From an uncultured Bacilli bacterium (lineage in GTDB: Bacteria; Bacillota_I; Bacilli_A; RF39; UBA660), in the NCBI GenBank assembly GCA_944350385.1, contig CALVOV010000005.1:1970-65969 (forward strand): a DNA stretch of 64,000 nt, in the 5' to 3' direction. Below, in pieces: positions 50,976-58,419 of this stretch (positions are counted from its first letter, which is position 1; every line of letters begins with the position of its first letter). The position numbers and the translations under genes are program-made. The notes below the pieces were generated by a model, which was given only the letters and a program-made list of their open reading frames with translations, did not search any database and was not told where the DNA came from.

Positions 50976-51926
50976 ATGTTACAATTTGAAAAACCAATTT
51001 ATAAAATAACTGATTCTATAGAAAGTAATTTCTATGGAAGATTCGAATTAGAACCATTAGAAAGAGGTTTTGGTACTACTATTGGTAATGCATTAAGAAG
51101 AGTAATGTTATCATCTCTTCCAGGTAGCGCAATTAGTAGTGTCAAAATTGATGGAATACTTCATGAATTCCAAACAATAGATGGAGTTTATGAAGATGTA
51201 ACTACTATTATTTTAAATTTAAAAGGTGTAGTATTTAAGAATTATTCAAATGAACCAAAGATAGTACGTATTAACACTACAAAAGAGGGAGAAGTTACTG
51301 CTGGAGATATCGAATGTGATCCTGATATTGAAGTAATAAATAAGGATAAAGTAATTTGTACTTTATCTAAAGGAGCTTCTTTAAATATGGAAATGACTGT
51401 AACAAATGGTCGTGGATATGTAAGAAGTGAAGATAATAAGAAAATTTATGATATCAACAAAAAAGGTGTTATTGCAGTCGATTCTATTTATTCTCCTATC
51501 GAGAGAGTATCATATGAAGTTGGTAGTGCACGTGTAGGACAAGATGAAAGCTATGATAAATTAATTTTAGATGTATGGACAAATGGTTCAATCAAACCAG
51601 AAGAGGCAATCGCTTTAGCATCAAAAATTTTAATTGAGCATTTTAATATATTAACTGATTTATCATCTATTGCTGATGTAAGCGGCATGATGATGGAAAA
51701 GAAAGAAGATCCAAAAGTAAAAGCGTTAGAAACTTCAATTGAGGATTTAGACTTTTCAGTAAGAGCATATAATTGCTTAAAGAGAGCCGGTATTCATACT
51801 TTACAAGATCTTGTTAATAACAGTGAAGCAGATATGATGAAAATCCGTAATTTAGGTAAAAAATCTTTAAAAGAAGTACTAGATAAAATTAAAGAAATGG
51901 GCCTAGTATTACGCGACAATGATTAA
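50976..51926 (+). CDS. rpoA: DNA-directed RNA polymerase subunit alpha
   Basis: GFGTTIGNALRRVMLSSLPG, and C-terminal domain LDFSVRAYNCLKRAGI. Confidence 0.97.
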   Translation: MLQFEKPIYKITDSIESNFYGRFELEPLERGFGTTIGNALRRVMLSSLPGSAISSVKIDGILHEFQTIDGVYEDVTTIILNLKGVVFKNYSNEPKIVRINTTKEGEVTAGDIECDPDIEVINKDKVICTLSKGASLNMEMTVTNGRGYVRSEDNKKIYDINKKGVIAVDSIYSPIERVSYEVGSARVGQDESYDKLILDVWTNGSIKPEEAIALASKILIEHFNILTDLSSIADVSGMMMEKKEDPKVKALETSIEDLDFSVRAYNCLKRAGIHTLQDLVNNSEADMMKIRNLGKKSLKEVLDKIKEMGLVLRDND

Positions 51927-51944
51927 GATAAGGAGGAATAACTA

Positions 51945-52298
51945 ATGGCATATAGAAAATTAGGTAGAGATAACAAACATAGAAGAAGTATGCTTGCAAC
52001 TATGACTAAACAAGTAATTATGAACGAAAGTATCACAACTACTGAAACTAGAGCTAAAGAAGTACGTAAATCTGTTGAAAAAATGATTACTTATGGAAAA
52101 AAAGCTGATTTAGTTTCTCGTCGTAAAGCATTAGCATTCTTACATAACGATACTGCTGTTGTTGAAAAGATTTTTAACGATTTAGCAAAACGTTATGAAA
52201 ATAGAAATGGTGGATACACTCAAATTTTAAAATTAGATGAAAGACGTGGAGACGATGCTTTAATGGTAATTTTAAAATTAGTAGAAGAAGCTAAGTAA
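51945..52298 (+). CDS. rplQ: 50S ribosomal protein L17
   Basis: [18 protein letters not shown]-terminus. Confidence 0.97.
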   Translation: MAYRKLGRDNKHRRSMLATMTKQVIMNESITTTETRAKEVRKSVEKMITYGKKADLVSRRKALAFLHNDTAVVEKIFNDLAKRYENRNGGYTQILKLDERRGDDALMVILKLVEEAK

Positions 52299-52314
52299 AT
52301 TCATAAAATAAATT

Positions 52315-52340
52315 AAGCAGTTTTTAATAGCTGCTTTTTT
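52315..52340 (+). terminator. rho-independent terminator at the end of the alpha operon
   Basis: AAGCAG (52315-52320) pairs with CTGCTT (52331-52336), followed by T-run. Confidence 0.65.
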
Positions 52341-52393
52341 GTGGCAAAAAAATATATAATTTGATATAATAAACTTGTGAAGAGGTGATTTAA

Positions 52394-53146
52394 TTGAAAG
52401 CACTTATAACAGGAGCATCTTCGGGTATAGGATTATCAATTGCAAAATACCTTGCTACTAAGAAGTATGAATTAATATTAGTAGCTAGAAACAAAGAAAA
52501 GCTAGAGCAAATTCAGAAAACTCTTCCAACTAAGGTTACAATAGTAGTAGCAGATTTAGCAAATGAACAAAAAGTAAAAGAATTGTATATTTTAATAAAA
52601 AAAGAAAATATTGATATTTTAGTGAATAATGCTGGATTTGGATTATTTGGTGACTTTACAGAAACAGATTTAAATAAAGAGTTAGAAATGATTGATACTA
52701 ATATAAAAGCAGTTCATATTTTAACTAAATTTATTTTACGTGATATGGAGAAAAAACAAAGCGGCTATATTTTAAATGTTGCGTCAAGTGCAGCTTTTCA
52801 GCCAGGACCATTAATGAGCACATATTATGCTACAAAATCATATGTATATCAACTTTCTGAAGCTCTATATTATGAACAAAAAATTAAAAAAACTAATGTT
52901 CAGGTATCTGTTTTGTGTCCAGGACCAGTAGACACTAACTTTAACAATGTAGCAGGTGTAAATTTTGCAGTAAAGCCATTGTCAAGTAGTTATGTTGCAA
53001 AGTATGCAATTGACAGTATGTTTAAAGGTAAAATGTTAATTATACCTGGATTTAAAATGAAATGTGCAAAGTTTTTTAGCAGATTTGCCTCAGATAAATT
53101 ATTATTAAAAATTATATATAAAATTCAAAAAAGAAAAGCTAATTAA
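52394..53146 (+). CDS. short-chain dehydrogenase/reductase (SDR) family oxidoreductase
   Basis: TGASSGIG cofactor motif, NNAG, and the YxxxK catalytic pair (YYATKSY). TTG start 7 nt after GAGGTG. Confidence 0.85.
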   Translation: MKALITGASSGIGLSIAKYLATKKYELILVARNKEKLEQIQKTLPTKVTIVVADLANEQKVKELYILIKKENIDILVNNAGFGLFGDFTETDLNKELEMIDTNIKAVHILTKFILRDMEKKQSGYILNVASSAAFQPGPLMSTYYATKSYVYQLSEALYYEQKIKKTNVQVSVLCPGPVDTNFNNVAGVNFAVKPLSSSYVAKYAIDSMFKGKMLIIPGFKMKCAKFFSRFASDKLLLKIIYKIQKRKAN

Positions 53147-53203
53147 AGATTGGCTTTTTTTTTAGTATTATTATATAATATAGTTTGTACTGGAGGTGGG
53201 GTT

Positions 53204-53998
53204 ATGGTTAATAGTATCGAAATAACTAACTTAAATTACTTAAATATTTTTGATAATTTAACATTAAAAATAGAAAAAAATAAGATTACCTCCATATCAG
53301 GACCAAATAATTGTGGTAAAACAACGCTGATAAAAATACTATCTCGCAGCATATATGTTGATCAAAACATTTTAATAAATAACACCAATTTAAATGATTA
53401 TAAAATGACGGACTATTTTAAAATAGTTAAAGCTATTTTTCCATTACGTGAAATATTCATGTACGAAATAGTTGAAGATGAATTAAGTTATTATATTGAT
53501 CAATTATTTTTAAGTCGAGAAGAAAAAAATAAGCGCTTAAAAAATATTAGGAAAAATCTAGGTATCAATAAGATAAAATCAAAAAAAATAAAAGAATTGT
53601 CACAAAAAGAATTCATACAGTTCCAATTAGCTTTAGCAATTGCTGCTATGCCAAAGATCATTCTTATAGATGATTTATCACCTTACTTAGATTCAGAAGA
53701 AATAAAAAAAATAATAGCATACTTCAAATATTTGATAAAAAATTATGATTTAACAATAATTTTTATTTCTACAAGATTAGAAGATATTATAGATACAGAT
53801 TATCTCTATATATTAAATGAAAGTAAAATAATTTTACAAGGAAAACCTCTAGAAGTATTACAAAAAGATAATGTCTTAAATAGAATAGGACTAAAAGTTC
53901 CCTTTATGATTGATTTATCAGTCAAGCTAAAGGATTATAACTTAGTAAAAGAAGTAGAACTAGATATGAACAGGATGACAGAAAAATTATGGAATTGA
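53204..53998 (+). CDS. EcfA-like ABC ATPase homolog with degenerate catalytic motifs
   Basis: Walker A is kept (GPNNCGKT). The signature is LSQKE rather than LSGGQ. Walker B is IILIDDL, with no catalytic Glu. The H-loop position reads ISTRLED, with no His. The C-terminal GLKVPFMIDL is EcfA-like. GGAGGTGGGG precedes ATG 53204. Confidence 0.65.
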   Translation: MVNSIEITNLNYLNIFDNLTLKIEKNKITSISGPNNCGKTTLIKILSRSIYVDQNILINNTNLNDYKMTDYFKIVKAIFPLREIFMYEIVEDELSYYIDQLFLSREEKNKRLKNIRKNLGINKIKSKKIKELSQKEFIQFQLALAIAAMPKIILIDDLSPYLDSEEIKKIIAYFKYLIKNYDLTIIFISTRLEDIIDTDYLYILNESKIILQGKPLEVLQKDNVLNRIGLKVPFMIDLSVKLKDYNLVKEVELDMNRMTEKLWN

Positions 53999-54780
53999 TT
54001 TTTGATAACCATAATTTAGAAGAAGAACAAATCAATCTAGTTGTACATCATAATACTATTACCGGTTTAATAAATGATAAAGAAAACAAAATATTTAATT
54101 TAATAAGTTTAAAAAAATGTGGTAAAGGAAAAATAATTATAAACAATGCAAAAGTAGCAAAAGATGAAATTTATATCAATCGAAAAAGAATCTCACAAGT
54201 AGAAGATAATATAGAATTTCCTGCATATTTAACAACAGTTGAAGATTTGATGAATAATTATTTAAGAATTCACCAATTAAATGTAAAAGATTCTAATAAG
54301 AAAATAAGAGGATCATTAAAAATAGTAGGAATAAGTGAAGAATATATTAGTCATAATCTAAATACTTTATCTTCATCTGAGAAAAAGCTAATCACTATTG
54401 CAGTAGGACTATTATCAAATCCAGATACAATTATTTTAGAAGAACCATTCAAGTATTTAGACTTAAAACAAGAAAAACGTTTATTTATGATATTTCAAAA
54501 ATTTAAAGAACAATATGATAAGACTATCATAATAAAAACAGAAAATCCAGAAATACTATATAAATATACTGATGAGATAATTATTGTTAAAAATAATAAT
54601 ATATTAATAACAGGAGCAACAAAAGAAGTATACCAGAGAGTAGATTATTTAAAAAGAAATAGTATACCTATACCTGAAATTGTATTATTCACATATTTGG
54701 CAAAAAAAAATAGAAATGTTAAAATTGATTATCATGATGATATTAGAGATATAATAAAAGATATATATAAACATGTTTAG
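53989..54780 (+). CDS. second EcfA-like homolog, more degenerate (no Walker A)
   Basis: The P-loop position reads ITGLINDKENKIF, with no GK[ST]. The signature is LSSSEKK, Walker B is TIILEEP, and the H-loop position is IKTENPE. It overlaps the upstream gene by 10 nt. Confidence 0.55.
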   Translation: MELIFDNHNLEEEQINLVVHHNTITGLINDKENKIFNLISLKKCGKGKIIINNAKVAKDEIYINRKRISQVEDNIEFPAYLTTVEDLMNNYLRIHQLNVKDSNKKIRGSLKIVGISEEYISHNLNTLSSSEKKLITIAVGLLSNPDTIILEEPFKYLDLKQEKRLFMIFQKFKEQYDKTIIIKTENPEILYKYTDEIIIVKNNNILITGATKEVYQRVDYLKRNSIPIPEIVLFTYLAKKNRNVKIDYHDDIRDIIKDIYKHV

Positions 54781-54789
54781 GAGGTTAAA

Positions 54790-55521
54790 ATGAGATTTTT
54801 GATAAAATTTTCTTATGATGGAAGTTCATATTGTGGATTCCAAAAACAAAAAGGAAAAAACACCATAGAAGAAAATCTTGAAAATGCTTTAACTAAAATA
54901 AATAATGGTATCAAAACAACAATAACAGCCACAGGTAGAACAGACAAAGGTGTACATGCCTTAGCTCAATATGGACACGTAGATTTAAATGTTAATATAA
55001 CAGAGTATAAATTAAAAAGAGCTTTAAATAGTAATTTACCAGATGATATTCATGTTATAGAAACAAAAGTAGTAGATGACAATTTTCATGCTAGATATAA
55101 TGTAAAAAGTAAAACATATAAATATGTAATCAATTTAGGAGAATATAATCCAATAGAAAGAAATTACGTTTTTCAATATAACTATAAGTTAGATATAGAC
55201 TCAATGAAAAAAGGAATAAAGTATTTTGAAGGTGAACATGATTATCGATCATTTGTAACTGATAATAAAGAAAAAGACAATTGTGTCAGAAACATTACCT
55301 ATACAGATATTCAGCAGAAAGAAGATAAATTAATCATAACCTTTAAAGGAAATGGCTTTTTAAGATATCAAGTAAGAAATATGGTAGGATACTTAATAAA
55401 AGTAGGTGAAGGAAAAGTATCTCCAAGTTCAGTTCAAGAAGTATTAGAGAGTAAAGACAGAACTAAATCAGGAAAAACAGCACCTGCACAAGGTTTATAT
55501 CTTTATGAAGTAAAATATTAG
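54790..55521 (+). CDS. truA: tRNA pseudouridine(38-40) synthase
   Basis: Y.G..YCGFQKQ N-terminal pattern and catalytic GRTDKGVHA. Confidence 0.93.
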   Translation: MRFLIKFSYDGSSYCGFQKQKGKNTIEENLENALTKINNGIKTTITATGRTDKGVHALAQYGHVDLNVNITEYKLKRALNSNLPDDIHVIETKVVDDNFHARYNVKSKTYKYVINLGEYNPIERNYVFQYNYKLDIDSMKKGIKYFEGEHDYRSFVTDNKEKDNCVRNITYTDIQQKEDKLIITFKGNGFLRYQVRNMVGYLIKVGEGKVSPSSVQEVLESKDRTKSGKTAPAQGLYLYEVKY

Positions 55522-55529
55522 GAGGATTT

Positions 55530-55790
55530 ATGTTAGCAGAAACAACGACAATATCATCAACACTTTCAACTTTAGATACTTATGGTGCAGATGAAGACTT
55601 ATTAACAACTGTTGGGTCTTCATTAACTACATCTTTAACAGCAATGCCAAATTATAGAGTACACAATTATTACTATTATGGAGATAGCTATGTGAAATCA
55701 TTATCTGACATTGAACTAGCTAAGTTAGAATCAAAACTGGTAGAAAAAGAGGAAAGTTTAGAAAAAAATAAAATATTAACATTAAGATAA
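55530..55790 (+). CDS. small Ser/Thr-rich protein of unknown function (paralog of 56608..56919)
   Basis: AGGAGG RBS. The Thr/Ser-rich N-half contains STLDTYG, and the C-terminal block is SYVKSLSDIELAKLESKLVEKEESL. I recognise no family. Confidence 0.55.
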   Translation: MLAETTTISSTLSTLDTYGADEDLLTTVGSSLTTSLTAMPNYRVHNYYYYGDSYVKSLSDIELAKLESKLVEKEESLEKNKILTLR

Positions 55791-55831
55791 AAAAGAAAAT
55801 TTATTAAAGAATTTTCTTTTTTTGAATTTTG

Positions 55832-55840
55832 TGATATAAT
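55832..55840 (+). promoter_or_regulatory. extended -10 element (TGaTATAAT) for the next two genes
   Basis: TGATATAAT at 55832-55840, just after a hairpin/T-run that follows the small ORF. Confidence 0.45.
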
Positions 55841-55870
55841 AAAGGACATTCGAGAAAAGAAGGGGTTTAT

Positions 55871-56617
55871 ATGAATACTGATTATGACAAAAAGATACTT
55901 ATTTGTGAAAAGTTAGGAGCCAAAAAATTTCAAAAATTTGTTTTAAACTTTGACTATATAAAGTGGAAAATAATAAAAAGATTACTTCCAAACTATGTCA
56001 AAATAGCTGATGGTTTTATTGATAAACAAAAAAATAAATATATTAAAAAAGCAAAAAATCAAAATGAAATAGACATGATTTTAAAAAAATGTACATATCA
56101 AAAAATGCTTTTAAGAAAAGAATATAATAAAGGTGAAAACATAAATTATCATATTGCTAGTAAACCAAGTGAATTTATGATTTACCTTAATTGGAATAAA
56201 TCAGTTCATAAAAGAGGATTAGTACTTGATGCTATAGCTATTCCAACATTTATTGCATTAGGTATAATTGGCTTTCCTGCTGGTATTCCTTTAGCCTTAC
56301 TTACTGGTATAGACTCATTAAAAAATTTTCAATGTGTTAATATTCAAAATTATAATATTTATAGGTTAAAAAGAATAGAAAATAAACTAAAGAAAAAAGA
56401 AGCAACAAAAGAGAAAATAGAAATGGAAAAATATTATGATGCTTATGAAGTTATTTATAATACTCTAGATGAGAAGAAAGATATAGTAAGTATTGATGAA
56501 ATATTAAATAATGTTAACTCTAAAGAACAATTAATTCAATTAAAAAAGTTAATAGAAAATGAGAAAAAGCAAAGAGAAAACAAAAACTATCAAGGGGGAA
56601 AAATAAAATGTATATAA
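55871..56617 (+). CDS. membrane protein of unknown function with a C-terminal coiled-coil; N-half possibly CrtO-like acyltransferase fold
   Basis: Two adjacent TM helices (VLDAIAIPTFIALGIIGFPAGIPLALLTGI) followed by IQNYNIYRLKRI, which I recall resembling the QRYNRPRL block of glycosyl-diaponeurosporenoate acyltransferase-family proteins. This is recalled from memory and not verified. Confidence 0.4.
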   Translation: MNTDYDKKILICEKLGAKKFQKFVLNFDYIKWKIIKRLLPNYVKIADGFIDKQKNKYIKKAKNQNEIDMILKKCTYQKMLLRKEYNKGENINYHIASKPSEFMIYLNWNKSVHKRGLVLDAIAIPTFIALGIIGFPAGIPLALLTGIDSLKNFQCVNIQNYNIYRLKRIENKLKKKEATKEKIEMEKYYDAYEVIYNTLDEKKDIVSIDEILNNVNSKEQLIQLKKLIENEKKQRENKNYQGGKIKCI

Positions 56618-56919
56618 GTGGACATGCTTTATTTAATACTAGTACTGCATTAGGAAGTACTTATGGTTCAGTAAATTTAGTTGATTATGTGGCATATAAC
56701 AATAAGCCACATTATGATAGAGTCAGAAAATTAGCGGCAACTAGTTCAACAACTGGTTTAACAACAACAGTAGTTACGGGTTATAAAATAGGAAGACAGA
56801 TGAAATATGAAACAGCTAGTGCTTATATCGAATCTTTAAGTGATGAACAATTAGCTGCCTTTGAAATGAAATTAGAAGATAAAGTTGAAAATAGTACAAG
56901 CTTAATTTTGAAAAAATAA
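56608..56919 (+). CDS. small Ser/Thr-rich protein of unknown function (paralog of 55530..55790)
   Basis: ALGSTYGS and AYIESLSDEQLAAFEMKLEDKVENS align with the first small protein. GGGGGA RBS. It overlaps the upstream gene by 10 nt. Confidence 0.55.
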   Translation: MYISGHALFNTSTALGSTYGSVNLVDYVAYNNKPHYDRVRKLAATSSTTGLTTTVVTGYKIGRQMKYETASAYIESLSDEQLAAFEMKLEDKVENSTSLILKK

Positions 56920-56962
56920 TAATAAAAAAATATCAAAAGTGTTGGAAATAAACAAAAAAGTA

Positions 56963-56991
56963 TTGATTTTTATTGTATAATTTAGTATAAT
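56963..56991 (+). promoter_or_regulatory. sigma-A-type promoter of rplM-rpsI
   Basis: TTGATT (56963-56968), a 17-nt spacer, then TATAAT (56986-56991). Confidence 0.6.
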
Positions 56992-56997
56992 TTAAAT

Positions 56998-57070
56998 CGG
57001 TACATTCGAACATCCCCACATAAATTAGACCCTGGGAAAGTCTGATTTAATAGGATTAAGGAGAAAAAAT
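56998..57070 (+). promoter_or_regulatory. rplM 5' leader (possible L13-leader-type element)
   Basis: About 70-nt untranslated leader with locally higher G+C (CATCCCCAC, AGACCCTGGGAAAGTCT hairpin). Ribosomal L13 leaders are described upstream of rplM in Firmicutes. Not verified against a covariance model. Confidence 0.35.
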
Positions 57071-57502
57071 ATGAATAGTTATATGCAAAAGAAAGAAACT
57101 GTAGAACGTAAATGGTATGTTATCGATGCTGAAGGAAAATCTTTAGGTCGTGTTGCTACATTAGCAGCTACATACTTACGTGGAAAAAACAAACCAACTT
57201 ACACTCCACATATTGATTGCGGAGATAATATCATTATTGTTAATGCACAAAAAGTAAATTTAACAGGAAATAAATTAAACGATAAAATGTATTACAATCA
57301 CTCTCAATACACTGGTGGTTTAAGAGAAAGAAACGCTAAGACAATGAGAGAAGAATTTCCAGTAGAAATGATGGAAAGAGCTATTAAAGGAATGCTTCCA
57401 CATAATAGATTAGGAAGACAAATGGCAAAAAAATTATTTGTTTATGCTGGTAGTGAACATAAACATCAAGCACAAAAACCAGAAGTGCTTGAAGTTAAGT
57501 AG
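57071..57502 (+). CDS. rplM: 50S ribosomal protein L13
   Basis: [18 protein letters not shown] and [10 protein letters not shown] motifs. Confidence 0.97.
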   Translation: MNSYMQKKETVERKWYVIDAEGKSLGRVATLAATYLRGKNKPTYTPHIDCGDNIIIVNAQKVNLTGNKLNDKMYYNHSQYTGGLRERNAKTMREEFPVEMMERAIKGMLPHNRLGRQMAKKLFVYAGSEHKHQAQKPEVLEVK

Positions 57503-57515
57503 GAGGGTTTAAGTT

Positions 57516-57935
57516 ATGGCAAAAGAAAAAAAATATACTGGAACAGGACACAGAAAAACAAGCGTTGCTAGAGTTACTTTAACTCCAGGAACTGGAAAAA
57601 TCACTGTTAATGGAAAAGATGTTCATGACTATTTACCTTTCGAAGTATTAGTTATGGATTTATGTCAACCATTAGAAGCAACAAATACAAAAGAAATTTT
57701 TGATGTTGATGCTAAAGTTACAGGTGGTGGATTTCAAGGACAAACAGGAGCAATTCGTTTAGGAATTACAAGAGCATTATTAGCTTATGATGCAAATACA
57801 CCTGCTGATTCAGAAAATAGTTATAGAAAAATTTTAAAAGCTGCTGGATTTATTACAAGAGATTCTCGTAAGAAAGAACGTAAGAAACCAGGTTTAAAGA
57901 AAGCACGTCGTGCACCACAATTTTCAAAACGTTAA
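57516..57935 (+). CDS. rpsI: 30S ribosomal protein S9
   Basis: [12 protein letters not shown] and a C-terminal [26 protein letters not shown]. Confidence 0.97.
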   Translation: MAKEKKYTGTGHRKTSVARVTLTPGTGKITVNGKDVHDYLPFEVLVMDLCQPLEATNTKEIFDVDAKVTGGGFQGQTGAIRLGITRALLAYDANTPADSENSYRKILKAAGFITRDSRKKERKKPGLKKARRAPQFSKR

Positions 57936-57950
57936 TTCAGTTTTTTTCAA

Positions 57951-57976
57951 AATACTGCTTATGCAGTATTTTTTTT
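57951..57976 (+). terminator. rho-independent terminator
   Basis: AATACTGC-ttat-GCAGTATT followed by T-run. Confidence 0.75.
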
Positions 57977-58029
57977 GTAAAAATTTATAATACATTGATA
58001 TGAATAATATAATGTAAAAGGGAGGATAT

Positions 58030-58332
58030 ATGTTAAGCGTAGACTTTTTACAACAATTATTATTTATCTCAATGATTATAAGCACAATAACCTGTTCGTT
58101 TATTCAAAAGACCAAAAGATTACTTGAAAATAAAAAATATATAATATTATATTCGTTAATTATTAATATTTTATTTAGTATTATCTTTTGTTATTCATTC
58201 ACAAAAATTACAATTCCAACTAGTTTTTGGATAGGATTATTTTCATTTATAGGTGCGGATACTATATATAAATCTTTAGAAGGCAAGTTAACAACATATA
58301 CTCAAATAAGACAACAAAAAAATAAAAAGTAA
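58030..58332 (+). CDS. small 3-TM membrane protein of unknown function
   Basis: 100 aa with a GGGAGG RBS and three hydrophobic segments. It lies between the rpsI terminator and the essC promoter. No family recognised. Confidence 0.5.
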   Translation: MLSVDFLQQLLFISMIISTITCSFIQKTKRLLENKKYIILYSLIINILFSIIFCYSFTKITIPTSFWIGLFSFIGADTIYKSLEGKLTTYTQIRQQKNKK

Positions 58333-58357
58333 TGAGTTATTAAATATTTTAAAATTA

Positions 58358-58386
58358 TTGTAAAAACATAAAAAAAAAGATATAAT
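58358..58386 (+). promoter_or_regulatory. sigma-A-type promoter of the essC operon
   Basis: TTGTAA (58358-58363), a 17-nt spacer containing an A9 run (58370-58378), then TATAAT (58381-58386). Confidence 0.55.
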
Positions 58387-58419
58387 GACTATAAGATAGA
58401 GTATGATGGGGTGAACTAA

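Noticed and set aside
55846-57009. Shared octamer ACATTCGA just downstream of two -10 elements (55846-55853 and 57002-57009).
   Set aside because: There are only two copies, at different distances from the -10 element (5 and 10 nt), with no palindromic or repeat structure around them. This is compatible with chance.
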